From IMG/VR virus record IMGVR_UViG_3300048851_000098, positions 1 to 64,000 of that record: DNA of 64,000 nucleotides. One strand, 5' to 3'. A model generated the notes under the pieces. The model did no database searches, had not been told where the DNA came from, and worked only from the letters and a program-made list of their open reading frames with translations. Of the stretch, positions 20,033 to 29,827 are shown one piece after another. The stretch's first letter is position 1. Every line of letters begins with the position of its first letter. This stretch comes from a virus. The position numbers were made by a program, and so were the translations under genes.

Positions 20033-22222
20033 ATGGGCATTATCTCGATCCCTAGATTCCCTGTTGGCCTCACAAGCGGTTATTCAGATCGCATTGATAT
20101 CTCTGCGCAGGTTGGCCGCCCTGGTGGCGTGGAATCGGTGTTCGAGTTCAATGGCTCGTACTTCAATGTGCGGACGTGGTTGGACACGTTCCTGATCACC
20201 ACGATTGACGGCTTCGCAGACCCGGATATTCGTGATTCGCGTGAGGTCAATCCTGGCCGCCATGGTGAGACATATTTCAATTCCTACTACGGCGGTCGAA
20301 CATTGGTGCTGAGCGGAAAGCTTCGCGCTCAGACGCTCGGCAAGATGCGCAATATGCAAATGGGTCTGAAGGAGATCTTTGGGGATATCTCTAGAGAGTA
20401 TCCCCTGATCATCCGTACTGGCGATCTGCATAATGACGTGATGATCTACTGCAAGAAATCACAACCACTTGTGATGTCTGAAGTACAGCAAGATTTCACA
20501 TTCCGTCGTGATTTCCAGATCACCCTTCGTGCATCAAACCCTTACTTCTTCAGCGTAGTAGAAGTACGTAGCACTGCTGACTTTGATGCAGGGTTCACTG
20601 AAACCTTTGATACTGATGCATTCGTTTCGTATACGAATATCATCGAAAATTCGAACGGTTACTACACCAGCAATATCGCTTCTACTCCTGGTGCTCAATA
20701 CGGCACGATTGTTTTGACTGCTGCTACTGACAGCACAAATAATCCAAACGTATATCGGATCACGAATACAATCGCGAGAGCGCCAACAACGCCGTCATAT
20801 TCGCCGCTTACCACAACACTCAGAAGCGCTGCTAATACGAATTTTACATGTGTTGCTGGGCAAAGAATTTCACTCGAATTCAAGCAGTCAGGAAGAAGCA
20901 ATAACGGAAGCTATCCGCCGCCTGGATACGCGATTCATAATCGTGCATTTATCAATTTCTACGGTCCAAGCAGTTTCTTCAGTCAGGTACCGATTGCGTT
21001 TACTGGTACACCAGGCAATGTAACTTTCAGAGATGTCGTTACTGTTCCTAATGGTGCGAATGCATTCAATATTCAGCATCAGGGATATTTGTATGACAGC
21101 AGAGCTGATGTAGTCACATTTGAGTTGTGGGGGTTCATGGCTGTTATTGGTGATCCTGCACCGACAACATTCTTCGATGGATACTCGCAAAATGCTCGCT
21201 GGGCTAGCACTCCTGGTAGATCGCAATCAGAGTTTCTTGGCGCGACAGGTCTTGAAGATTCATATTCGTTTGCTAGTGGTGCCGGAAATGCATACGCTAG
21301 AAGTGGCAAGCTTTACGCAAACGGAAATGTAAATATCGCTCGGTTGAAGCGAAATGGCTTCAACAAGATGAGAAGCTTTATTTCCACCGTTGAATACAAC
21401 ACTAACAGTGTTGCTGCTCCTAATGGCGTTATTGAACATTCTAAGATTGTTAGCCCTGCTCAGTGGCTCTTTGGATCAATTATGGTCAATGGCGCATCTA
21501 CGAGACTCAAGCTCGGTACTGCTGTTAGCGATCTCAGCACCGGACAGACAATTCTGAGAGAATCAGCATCAGCATTTACAGTCGTAAATAATACGACTTA
21601 CTGGTCGCGTACCACATTCAATGGAAATGTAATTACTGTCGAGCATTGGACAACAGATCCAAGACTCGGTGGTTCGCCAACACAATCGATCAGCGCTACG
21701 CTGACCGGTGGTGATATCAACATTTTTGGTGAAAACGTGCCCGGCGATGCTGCTATCGCACTTGGCGGTGCGAACTTCTATCAAGTCAGAGTTGATAATC
21801 ATAACGTCACACCTGTTCCGGGCCAGGTGGATCTTGCTTTCGCGCCCGAGAACAGAGGCAACGCAGCGGCCCCGACTGTCATCAGACTCTTCGGTCAGCT
21901 CAACGCTGCGGTAAATGGTGGGCCGGCTGCCACGGTGCGCACAACCAACAGAGCACTGGACGAGCTGTCTGTGACGATCAACGCCCCTGCCGGCACCAGA
22001 CAAGCCATTCCCGCAGACCATTACATCGAGATCGACAGTTGGAATCGCACAGCGAAGCTTTACGACTCGGACGGTGTTCTGATTAGTAGCGTGTACCAAC
22101 AGCTCGACATTGAAAGCGATTGGATCGAGCTTTCACCCGGAGTAAATCAGGTCGAATTCATCACATACTCGATCACCGGCACGCCTTCTCTTGAGATGCA
22201 CCACCGACACACGTATCTCTAA
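20033..22222 (+). CDS. Distal tail protein (evolved Dit with inserted beta-rich domains)
   Basis: N-terminal GGRTLVLSG...FQITLRASNPYFFS and C-terminal ENRGNAAAP...WIELSPGVNQVEF halves with about 430 aa between them. Confidence 0.75.
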   Translation: MGIISIPRFPVGLTSGYSDRIDISAQVGRPGGVESVFEFNGSYFNVRTWLDTFLITTIDGFADPDIRDSREVNPGRHGETYFNSYYGGRTLVLSGKLRAQTLGKMRNMQMGLKEIFGDISREYPLIIRTGDLHNDVMIYCKKSQPLVMSEVQQDFTFRRDFQITLRASNPYFFSVVEVRSTADFDAGFTETFDTDAFVSYTNIIENSNGYYTSNIASTPGAQYGTIVLTAATDSTNNPNVYRITNTIARAPTTPSYSPLTTTLRSAANTNFTCVAGQRISLEFKQSGRSNNGSYPPPGYAIHNRAFINFYGPSSFFSQVPIAFTGTPGNVTFRDVVTVPNGANAFNIQHQGYLYDSRADVVTFELWGFMAVIGDPAPTTFFDGYSQNARWASTPGRSQSEFLGATGLEDSYSFASGAGNAYARSGKLYANGNVNIARLKRNGFNKMRSFISTVEYNTNSVAAPNGVIEHSKIVSPAQWLFGSIMVNGASTRLKLGTAVSDLSTGQTILRESASAFTVVNNTTYWSRTTFNGNVITVEHWTTDPRLGGSPTQSISATLTGGDINIFGENVPGDAAIALGGANFYQVRVDNHNVTPVPGQVDLAFAPENRGNAAAPTVIRLFGQLNAAVNGGPAATVRTTNRALDELSVTINAPAGTRQAIPADHYIEIDSWNRTAKLYDSDGVLISSVYQQLDIESDWIELSPGVNQVEFITYSITGTPSLEMHHRHTYL

Positions 22223-23409
22223 TGACCACATGGAAATTCGTACTTTGCAGATCCAACGATCTCGCGAATATTGCTGAGCTTACACAAGCTCGCAATCGTC
22301 AGATCACATTGACACATAATCGCCCTGGATCTGCTGGCTTTACGATTCCACTTGATGACGAGTTCGGTCAGACGATTTACCCGCTTGAGTATGCTATCAA
22401 GGCGTATCGTCGTGGCACTACTGGCACGAGACTGATCTGGTCTGGATACGTCAATACGATTGACGAAGACGTATCCAACAACAGAATGACAGTTAACTGC
22501 GTCGGCTGGCTTGAGCGTCTGAATCACAGCTTGATGCGTCAAGATCTGACTTACTCAGATACCGACGATTCTGTCATCGCTGCACAGTTGCTTCAGAACG
22601 CCACGATTCTGTATGGCAGAGGCGGTGCTGCTGAGTTCACAGCCGGCGTCACGAGCACGGTCGCATGGGATGGCGTGACCATCAGATGGCCTGCGGGCAG
22701 TTCTCCCAACACGCCTGTATTCATCAAGTCTGGCTACCCAGCGCTCCCGAACGAGGGCGTTGGTGGAGCGACAGCATACGTCGAGGCGAGACGCAGCATT
22801 AGATACTCCAAATATCAAACAAATATCGGGCAAGCGATTCAACAGCTCACCGATATTGAGAATGGTCTTGATATTTGGATTGATCCCGCAACACGAACAA
22901 TGAACTTCTATCGGAAGAAGCGCAAAATTCTTCCGAATATCGTGTTTGGTTTTCAATGGGGTCCAGAAAATATTGCGCAGTACAACCGACAGCTTGATGG
23001 TTCATCAATCGTGAACTACATGTTGGTAACTGGTGGCGCTGCAACAATCCCTAAGTATCAAGTAGATGGCACGTCAATGAGTCTCTACGGTCCGTTTGAT
23101 GAAATGACTTCGTTGAGCGATATTACGGGTTTGAATGCCAACCAAATTCTTCAATATTACGCTTCGGCTGAAGTAGCAGTTCGCGCCTACCCGCGCGAGA
23201 TGCATTCGATCACGCCGTTCAGCTTTACACCGGAAAACTCTGTACCAGAACCGTTCGTGGACTACGACCTGGGCGATCAAGTAGCATTTATTGCGCGCAA
23301 CGGTTCGCGCGTCAGAGTCAACCAGCAGGTACGCATCTTTGGTATCTCGCTTTCGATTGATGAAGAAGATAATGAAAGACTTGGACAACTTCAGATTTAT
23401 CCGCAATGA
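22222..23409 (+). CDS. Minor tail protein (Tal/gp37-like hub)
   Basis: LIWSGYV...TVNCVGWLERL...DYDLGDQV pattern of actinophage minor tail proteins. Confidence 0.7.
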   Translation: MTTWKFVLCRSNDLANIAELTQARNRQITLTHNRPGSAGFTIPLDDEFGQTIYPLEYAIKAYRRGTTGTRLIWSGYVNTIDEDVSNNRMTVNCVGWLERLNHSLMRQDLTYSDTDDSVIAAQLLQNATILYGRGGAAEFTAGVTSTVAWDGVTIRWPAGSSPNTPVFIKSGYPALPNEGVGGATAYVEARRSIRYSKYQTNIGQAIQQLTDIENGLDIWIDPATRTMNFYRKKRKILPNIVFGFQWGPENIAQYNRQLDGSSIVNYMLVTGGAATIPKYQVDGTSMSLYGPFDEMTSLSDITGLNANQILQYYASAEVAVRAYPREMHSITPFSFTPENSVPEPFVDYDLGDQVAFIARNGSRVRVNQQVRIFGISLSIDEEDNERLGQLQIYPQ

Positions 23410-23885
23410 GTAGACCGATTGTTCAAGATAATCTTTTCTCAGTCATTCAGAGACTCCAAGAGCGCATTGAGCGATTGGAAAGCAAAGTGGCTCAATTTGC
23501 TACGCCTCGATGGGAAACACTTCCTCTGTCCTCGCCATGGGTTGACTACGGAAGCACATGGTCATCACCAGGAATGTGCCTGGATGCAGATGGATTTGTA
23601 CATATCAGAGGACTGGTAAGAAATACAGTAGGATTCGCTTATGGTACTAGCACGAATACGACTGTTGCTGTACTGCCAGTTGGATATCGACCTGCTTCAC
23701 CGCGACTCTTTCCAGCTATGATGGTTGATAGCGGCAATGCAAGGATTTTTGTTCGTGTTGATATTCAGGTTGATGGTGTGGTCACGATCAGATTTGGTGA
23801 TCATTATAATTCACTTGGGGCTAATACTGGCTTTGCATCTTATCTTTCTCTTTTCAGTGCGCCAGTGTTTGAAGCAGCGAATTAG
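23406..23885 (+). CDS. Minor tail protein
   Basis: N-terminal coiled coil; DADGFVHIRGLV...VAVLPVGYRP tail-fibre motif. Confidence 0.65.
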   Translation: MSRPIVQDNLFSVIQRLQERIERLESKVAQFATPRWETLPLSSPWVDYGSTWSSPGMCLDADGFVHIRGLVRNTVGFAYGTSTNTTVAVLPVGYRPASPRLFPAMMVDSGNARIFVRVDIQVDGVVTIRFGDHYNSLGANTGFASYLSLFSAPVFEAAN

Positions 23886-23893
23886 GCGGAAAA

Positions 23894-24151
23894 ATGGCCC
23901 AACGGCGTCCACCTAGCAAAAACCGATCACGAGCACTTACAGAAATGACATTGGGGATTTTGATCCCCCTTGTTATTATTGGGTTGGCTATCGCCGACTT
24001 TATTCGCGATGGTCAGATCGACAAATATCTGATCGGGACGCTTTTGGTTTTCGGCCTTGGCGCCCTTGGGTATCGGGTAGATAACCTCATTGAGCGATAC
24101 CTCGACGCGCGCGCGGGCCTCTTGCCGCAGAAGAGAGCCGACGGAGAATGA
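23894..24151 (+). CDS. Two-TM membrane protein (holin-like)
   Basis: Two hydrophobic segments, 85 aa. Confidence 0.5.
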   Translation: MAQRRPPSKNRSRALTEMTLGILIPLVIIGLAIADFIRDGQIDKYLIGTLLVFGLGALGYRVDNLIERYLDARAGLLPQKRADGE

Positions 24152-24468
24152 CAGTCCCCGATAAGAGACGATTCCTTGATTCCTGCGCGACGGTTTGGCT
24201 CTACGTCGGCGAGAGGTTCCGCGCTCGGCCAGCTACAATTGTAGGAATTGTGGTGGGTGCAGTTTTGCTCACTACGATCCTCACATATACGCTTGTCGAG
24301 CAATACAGCACGAACAAGCAAGTAGAGAAAGTCACGGCTGCATTCTGCAACGGACCTGACAATGTGTTGAACGAGAAGCGCTGCCAAGAATTGCTTCGAG
24401 CATTGCTGAGAAATCCTGACAGAGAAAACGCTAAGCGTTTGAAGGAAATCGTAAGGGATGCCGAATAA
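24148..24468 (+). CDS. Single-TM membrane protein with paired Cys
   Basis: IVGIVVGAVLLTTILTY TM segment; C...C ectodomain. Confidence 0.6.
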   Translation: MTVPDKRRFLDSCATVWLYVGERFRARPATIVGIVVGAVLLTTILTYTLVEQYSTNKQVEKVTAAFCNGPDNVLNEKRCQELLRALLRNPDRENAKRLKEIVRDAE

Positions 24469-24914
24469 TGTTGGCAAACTCTGACGCGAAAAAAGCTCGC
24501 GTACCATTCGCTCGTTACACATTCACTTTGGTGTTTGCGCTGATCGGCTCTTTTCTTTGGCTCTTCAATGAAAATGTAGCTGATGATTACTTTCGTATCT
24601 TCGCCCTGGCAATGGGCTCGGTAATCGTAATCTTTGCAACTCGTATCATCTTTGTGAATTATAGAATGGCTAAAGGATCAGGTCCCACATCTCTTTTGCC
24701 AAACCATATTTTTACGATTGCTGCTAGCTACATTGTCTTCGTTCTAAGTGGTCATATCCGGCTCGTATATGGGTTCGGAGAATCCTTCAGTTGGAACGGA
24801 CTTCCATTTGTACTTGTGGGGGATATTTTGGGAATCGCTGCTCTTGGAGTGATTTGGCGATTCCAAGAGGTCAAGCTCCAAAAGGCGAAGAACAATGGAC
24901 AAAGCGCTCAATAA
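24468..24914 (+). CDS. Four-TM membrane protein
   Basis: Four hydrophobic segments. Confidence 0.6.
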   Translation: MLANSDAKKARVPFARYTFTLVFALIGSFLWLFNENVADDYFRIFALAMGSVIVIFATRIIFVNYRMAKGSGPTSLLPNHIFTIAASYIVFVLSGHIRLVYGFGESFSWNGLPFVLVGDILGIAALGVIWRFQEVKLQKAKNNGQSAQ

Positions 24915-25248
24915 GGTTGATCAGAAGAAGGTTCAAAGTTGGCGTATTCGTACGATTATCTATTCGATTATTGCGTCAGGTGTGATTGCGCTCTTCATCA
25001 ACAATATTGATGAAAGCAATCGCTACAACTCAAGAGTCGAGGAGAATCGTAATTTTTGCATGGCGATCTACAGCGACCGCGCCTTTTTGAAAGAGATTTC
25101 TGATGAAGTCTCTAGAAGCTCTCCCGACCCAAGAGTAAGACTTCGCTGGAGTCGCTATAAGGAAGAGTTTGAGACGCGACTTCCGCCTTTTCTCGATAGA
25201 TGTGACGACATCTACAAAAAGCGTAGTGTAGTACCATTCATCGAGTAG
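24895..25248 (+). CDS. Single-TM membrane protein with paired Cys
   Basis: IIYSIIASGVIALFI TM segment; FC...RC. Confidence 0.6.
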   Translation: MDKALNKVDQKKVQSWRIRTIIYSIIASGVIALFINNIDESNRYNSRVEENRNFCMAIYSDRAFLKEISDEVSRSSPDPRVRLRWSRYKEEFETRLPPFLDRCDDIYKKRSVVPFIE

Positions 25249-25256
25249 GTGGTCAT

Positions 25257-25592
25257 ATTACTGAGCGACATCGGCGCCTTCGAACATGGTCGCTATGGAT
25301 TGCTGGAATAGTTATCGCTGTAGCGCTGGGAGCAGCCCTCAGCTCATATACATCACGCGACAACTTGCTGGCAGAATGCGCACGCAGCAATCAGGTAAAA
25401 ATGTCTCTCAGCGTATTTCTCAGATCGGCTGAGAGGGAGCAGCAAGTGCTCGTTGAGAGATCTACTACAGCAGCAGAAAAAAGATCAAATGCAGAAACAG
25501 CCAGTGAGTACAAAAGACATAGCAAGTATGTAGAATCAACTATAGTCAGATGTGCCGAAGCCTATCCACCGCTTATACCTTGGATTGAATAG
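25257..25592 (+). CDS. Single-TM membrane protein with paired Cys (probable ATT start)
   Basis: Frame open from 25227; TM segment WSLWIAGIVIAVALGAAL lies upstream of the called TTG 25365. Confidence 0.5.
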   Translation: MTERHRRLRTWSLWIAGIVIAVALGAALSSYTSRDNLLAECARSNQVKMSLSVFLRSAEREQQVLVERSTTAAEKRSNAETASEYKRHSKYVESTIVRCAEAYPPLIPWIE

Positions 25593-25745
25593 ATGCTTTA
25601 CAAGCTTCTCATCGCACTTGCGGTATTTCTTGTTGTAGGCATTGTGCTCAACATCTTGTGGGCACCCTACGCCTGGTTGATCGCGCTGGTCGTGGCGATC
25701 CTCGCGTTCCTCTACGCGCCGGCTCGGGCCACCTCTCCGCAGTGA
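25593..25745 (+). CDS. 50-aa two-TM protein (holin candidate; not in the ORF track)
   Basis: MLYKLLIALAVFLVVGIVLNILWAPYAWLIALVVAILAFLYAPARATSPQ. Confidence 0.6.
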   Translation: MLYKLLIALAVFLVVGIVLNILWAPYAWLIALVVAILAFLYAPARATSPQ

Positions 25746-25978
25746 TTCCATCGCCCGTCGAGATCGACCGCTTCCGTAAGAAGGTCGCGCGGACGACCTA
25801 CGGCGGGCGTTACAGCGGCCCTCGCAAGCGCTACCGGCGCCGCACGTTTCAGTGCTTCGGCAAGCGCTGTCGGAAATTCATCAGCCGGCCCTCGGCGACG
25901 TGCGCGTACTGCGGCAACGACCCTCTGCCGCTCGGCACAGATCCATTCGTCTTCGACCGCGAATACGGCTGGGACTAG
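25742..25978 (+). CDS. Small basic Zn-finger protein
   Basis: GTG overlapping the previous stop; CFGKRC...CAYC. Confidence 0.5.
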   Translation: MIPSPVEIDRFRKKVARTTYGGRYSGPRKRYRRRTFQCFGKRCRKFISRPSATCAYCGNDPLPLGTDPFVFDREYGWD

Positions 25979-26349
25979 CAGCGCGCTTGAAAGCCGTATT
26001 TGACTCCGCGCACCATGATGGATATCTGCGCGACCTCTTCATCGGTGAGCTTGGACTCATCGAGTTTCACATAATGGAAGAGATCAAATGATGTTTCTGG
26101 CTTTTCCAAGTAGAATTTGAGTTCTAAGCCAGTATGCTCAATGAATATATCATTGGGCAGCGGCCATTCAAATTCGGCGACAATGCTGGATACTCCTGAT
26201 GCAGCGGTTGGAGTATTCCCTATGCCCTTCAGCGGGCCATCTATGAATTGCAGAGCGACTGTCTCGGGCATTCTAGACTCCGAATGGGCTTCTATCGAGA
26301 ATTTCGTTTGACTGCCAGCGTTCGCGCTCAAGCCAGACACCAGTAGCAA
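25975..26349 (-). CDS. Hypothetical protein
   Basis: ORF in a run of minus-strand genes. Confidence 0.45.
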   Translation of the reverse strand: MLLVSGLSANAGSQTKFSIEAHSESRMPETVALQFIDGPLKGIGNTPTAASGVSSIVAEFEWPLPNDIFIEHTGLELKFYLEKPETSFDLFHYVKLDESKLTDEEVAQISIMVRGVKYGFQARC

Positions 26350-26557
26350 CAGACACCTGTACGAGCATTGCCAACAGCTCAGGCGTTATGGCTTCGCCTT
26401 CGAGCATGAATTCCAACAGCGACAGGCAGTCATCCCGGCTAACCCCGACTGCCACCAGATCTGCGCCGTTGGGATTGACCTTGAAGTCTCTGAAGACTTG
26501 CCGGAGCGCTCTCTCGAATTCAGCTCTCATGCGCATGCTTTTCGTGCGAGATTCCAA
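26273..26557 (-). CDS. Hypothetical protein
   Basis: ORF in the minus-strand operon. Confidence 0.45.
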   Translation of the reverse strand: MESRTKSMRMRAEFERALRQVFRDFKVNPNGADLVAVGVSRDDCLSLLEFMLEGEAITPELLAMLVQVSVATGVWLERERWQSNEILDRSPFGV

Positions 26558-26907
26558 CCGCGTCCAGTAGGCTCGAATCGAGCAATCGGGTGTATGTACT
26601 CCTGGCTATCCGAGAAGTGAGGATCGATTGCTCTCTGCTGCAAAAGGGCGTCGAGTGTGACACCCCTGTCGAACAGCAGGATCTTCAGTCCCTCAAAGTT
26701 CGTAGCGTCCGGATACTTGATTACGAGCAGCAAGAATCCGTTGATGTGCTCAGCCTCGACCACATCGAATCTGAATGGATTCGGATTGGGAGGCGGTGGC
26801 ACACGCTGCTGATCGCCGAGTTGACTCTTGCTGATGCCCATTATCGAGCTGGACACCTTACGACCGAGCTTGCTCGTGCTGAAGAAGTTGAGGCCCATTA
26901 TCGCCAC
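26527..26907 (-). CDS. Conserved phage hypothetical protein
   Basis: PNPNP.F...KYPDATNFEGLKILL...DPHF...PIARFEPT..GW pattern recalled from large phages. Confidence 0.65.
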   Translation of the reverse strand: MAIMGLNFFSTSKLGRKVSSSIMGISKSQLGDQQRVPPPPNPNPFRFDVVEAEHINGFLLLVIKYPDATNFEGLKILLFDRGVTLDALLQQRAIDPHFSDSQEYIHPIARFEPTGRGWNLARKACA

Positions 26908-27398
26908 ACGTCGTATGAAGGTAAACTTTTACGACGATCTAAATATCGTTGACGTCTTTCGCGTTCTTCTCGAATGCTGGCAAGACGTGCACGCAAATAA
27001 TATTTATGTGCTGTATCGATATCGGTACTACCATCAGGTGCAAAAAATCTCATTGCATCGACAATTTCATCGTATGACCAGCGCCGCACTTCATCGCTTG
27101 ACAAGAGAAGTTCAACAGCTTGATCAAAGATTACTATGTTCGGTACTGGTTCAAGCGGCGAAATATACCGATCCCACATCCAAGTTTCGAAATTCTCTTC
27201 GCGAATTGCAGATCGTCGTGTCAGTGTTCTTTTGTATCCACGATAATTCCATGCAGCAAGACCAGCATTTATACCAAATGAAACGGGCATAAGAAGAGAG
27301 AACCCGGCAAACAATGCTGAGATCAATACAAAGAGCGCTATCGCTGCATGAATACAGGTAAAAGTAACTGCGTATGTAACGGGCGGCAGTTTTCTCAC
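26898..27398 (-). CDS. Membrane protein
   Basis: Two N-terminal TM segments. Confidence 0.55.
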   Translation of the reverse strand: MRKLPPVTYAVTFTCIHAAIALFVLISALFAGFSLLMPVSFGINAGLAAWNYRGYKRTLTRRSAIREENFETWMWDRYISPLEPVPNIVIFDQAVELLLSSDEVRRWSYDEIVDAMRFFAPDGSTDIDTAHKYYLRARLASIREERERRQRYLDRRKSLPSYDVWR

Positions 27399-28741
27399 AA
27401 GTCCAGTCCCACTTTCTCTGATTTCTCAGTCGCTTCTGGCCCTTGGCTGACGATTGTTACGGGATACTCTGTCTCTCTTTGGATCACATCCATCAACTCT
27501 TGCCATGTGATGCCGGTGGTGTACTGCCAGTAGTTACCGCCACAGGAACGAATGAAGTTCGTCAGCTCTTCCTGTTCGGCAATCGACTGTGGAAGGATCT
27601 CGCCGATATCATCCAGAACGTCCCCGGCAGGGCTGTTGTAGGAGTGGCACACGGCCCACGGCTGATCACCGGGCTTTCTCAGACGGTCCATGTGCGTGAC
27701 CGCCAATTCGTCCACCGTCTGAGCTGCACGAAGGGCATAGCGGAGCGCTACGAGGTCGAGAGCGCCCGTCCGCCAGCCGCCCTGCCATTCCCCCGCAGTA
27801 TTGTGCTCCTCGTAGTACGGCCGCCCCGGAGCATTACGCTCGTACTTGTCGGGTGAGTGCTCTGTCACGAATGGTCCTGCACCGTGGCGCGTCATGTATG
27901 AGCGCAGCACACCGTACGTTTTGATCTCACCGCCATAGTCAGCAAGGATCTTCATCGCGTTCTCAGGAGTTGTCTTACTCCACGTGGTATATGGATGAAA
28001 TCCATAATCCTGATCGAGCAGAACACCTTGCCCGCCTTCAAAGACCCATGTCTCATCCGGCGGGGGAACGAACGTGTAATTGAAGATTCTGACGTGCCGC
28101 GCGAAAGCCTGATAAACCTCGATAGCAACATCGATGCTTTCTCTGACTGTCACCGGATCGAATATATACTTCCACTCGTCGCTGAGACTTCTTTCATTTC
28201 TGAAGACTTCGAGCTGAGCGGCCTTCAGCTCGTGAATTTCTTGCAACCGCCGACGCAATGCGATGGTGTCGAAGTTAGCGATATCACCAGCACGCAACTC
28301 GTAGCCGTCCATTGCGGTTTCGACTGTTTCGCCGATACCCATTCCGCACGAACCATGGCGGGAATCGCCGCGCTCAGCCTCGCGCATGCGATTGGCAGAC
28401 ACGTGGAACTGTGTGGTGATCAGTGCGTTGCCGTCAACACTGATCAATTCCAGTGGATTGCCACCAATATGTGCTCTCAACAATCTCTGCTCGATGTAGA
28501 GCATGTGAGGATTGACGAGGAAGTATCTCGACAAATGCGTCTCAGCACCAGCAAACGTGCCAGCACCAAACTGGCGGAACGTATGGTGCTGGCCGTTGCT
28601 AGCCACGACGTTGTGTGCATGTTGCGCACCGCCGTTGAACTTCACTACCCCTTGCGCTTTGTGTCGGCGCACGAGGTAGTCAGTGATGGTGCCCTTGCCC
28701 TCGTCGCCGTAGAGCATGCCGATGACGATGAACGCAGGCAT
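27395..28741 (-). CDS. purA: Adenylosuccinate synthetase-like protein (PurA family, divergent)
   Basis: YGDEGKG, GGAQHAH, FEGGQG, HPYTTWS, RSYMTRHGAGPF, LAVTHMD motifs. Confidence 0.85.
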   Translation of the reverse strand: MPAFIVIGMLYGDEGKGTITDYLVRRHKAQGVVKFNGGAQHAHNVVASNGQHHTFRQFGAGTFAGAETHLSRYFLVNPHMLYIEQRLLRAHIGGNPLELISVDGNALITTQFHVSANRMREAERGDSRHGSCGMGIGETVETAMDGYELRAGDIANFDTIALRRRLQEIHELKAAQLEVFRNERSLSDEWKYIFDPVTVRESIDVAIEVYQAFARHVRIFNYTFVPPPDETWVFEGGQGVLLDQDYGFHPYTTWSKTTPENAMKILADYGGEIKTYGVLRSYMTRHGAGPFVTEHSPDKYERNAPGRPYYEEHNTAGEWQGGWRTGALDLVALRYALRAAQTVDELAVTHMDRLRKPGDQPWAVCHSYNSPAGDVLDDIGEILPQSIAEQEELTNFIRSCGGNYWQYTTGITWQELMDVIQRETEYPVTIVSQGPEATEKSEKVGLDL

Positions 28742-28745
28742 ACCC

Positions 28746-28943
28746 TTATCGCTCCTGATCCATCATTGTCAAATGGTTATATGACTCATTCGAAAACACT
28801 TCAGGATCGTCCGGCGCGGTTGTCACTCTGAGATGTATAGGGTTTGTGGGAATTGTGCATTCGTCAATAGCATCTTCCATGACGTTCAAGAACGAATTCG
28901 GATCGTCATCTTCGACACAAAAGGTGATAGTGACGATCTGCAT
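28746..28943 (-). CDS. Hypothetical protein
   Basis: Coupled acidic ORF. Confidence 0.5.
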   Translation of the reverse strand: MQIVTITFCVEDDDPNSFLNVMEDAIDECTIPTNPIHLRVTTAPDDPEVFSNESYNHLTMMDQER

Positions 28944-29455
28944 TAGAGCTGAATGCTGCTGTAGCTCGAAACGTCTTCGCGGAACTTACCCGACCACTGC
29001 CATCTGTCGTTGACGTACTGGTCGAAGTCGTAGCTGCTCAGCTCGACGCTCTCTCTCGTCTCGTATCTGAGCATGTCGAGCACCTGATCGTATTCCGCCG
29101 TGTGATCCTCGGGAGCGGAGAGATCGATACGGAGATCGCGCGCTCTCGGGCTGTGCCCGTGATCGATTCTGCCGATCAGTGCTTGCAGCTCTTCCTTGAG
29201 CTTGGCGGTAAATCCCTTCTGCGCCTCTTCGAAGGCAGCAGCGTGTCTCTCGCGATTTTCCTTGACAATCGCGAGCAGTTCGACTCTATTGATGTTTACG
29301 CTGTTCATCCCGCTCTTTCGTCGTCGTTGTCGGCGTCGTTTGATGGTTTGTGTAATCTCTTCAGGAGAGATTTCTTGCAGATTCCCAGCGTTCCAGCTCA
29401 GCTCGCCCATTTGCTTCATCCTGTCGTTGAAATTCAAGTTGTTCATCTTGATCAA
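28943..29455 (-). CDS. Hypothetical protein (start may be 29308)
   Basis: VKENRERHAAAFEEA...PEDHTAEYDQVLDML...FDQYVNDRWQW. Confidence 0.6.
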   Translation of the reverse strand: MIKMNNLNFNDRMKQMGELSWNAGNLQEISPEEITQTIKRRRQRRRKSGMNSVNINRVELLAIVKENRERHAAAFEEAQKGFTAKLKEELQALIGRIDHGHSPRARDLRIDLSAPEDHTAEYDQVLDMLRYETRESVELSSYDFDQYVNDRWQWSGKFREDVSSYSSIQL

Positions 29456-29581
29456 CAGGCGTCAACCGATGGACAAGTCGAGATCTGTGATACCCGCGTT
29501 GATCGAATCCCGTCATGAGAACAAATACATAGTCAGGCGCCGAGTATTCGCCTATTGCTACTTCCCAAGCCGGGACTCTCA

Positions 29582-29827
29582 TCAGATTCCGAGGGTGTCG
29601 CCCTCGGCCGCTGCGTCGATCTTGGCGATGGCGTTGTCCAGATCGCCGGGCATGTCGCCGCTCTGCGGGGTGATCTCACCCATGACGGCGTCGCGGAGCG
29701 CCTTGGCCTCGGCGAACTTCAGCGTCACGTCGGGACGCTCTTCGCTGGGGGCGGGAGTGGCCTCGGCCTTCTCCTCCTGCACTGCCTCCGCAGCGTTCTT
29801 CTGCATGTCCTCTTCGGTGAGGCCCAT
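29582..29827 (-). CDS. Small acidic protein
   Basis: GAAAGGA RBS; strongly GC3-biased codons. Confidence 0.65.
   Translation of the reverse strand: MGLTEEDMQKNAAEAVQEEKAEATPAPSEERPDVTLKFAEAKALRDAVMGEITPQSGDMPGDLDNAIAKIDAAAEGDTLGI

Noticed and set aside
27395-28741. PurZ / 2-aminoadenine (Z) genome
   Set aside because: The catalytic Asp is retained (GDEGKG rather than the Ser of PurZ), and no DatZ- or MazZ-like genes are recognisable in the window
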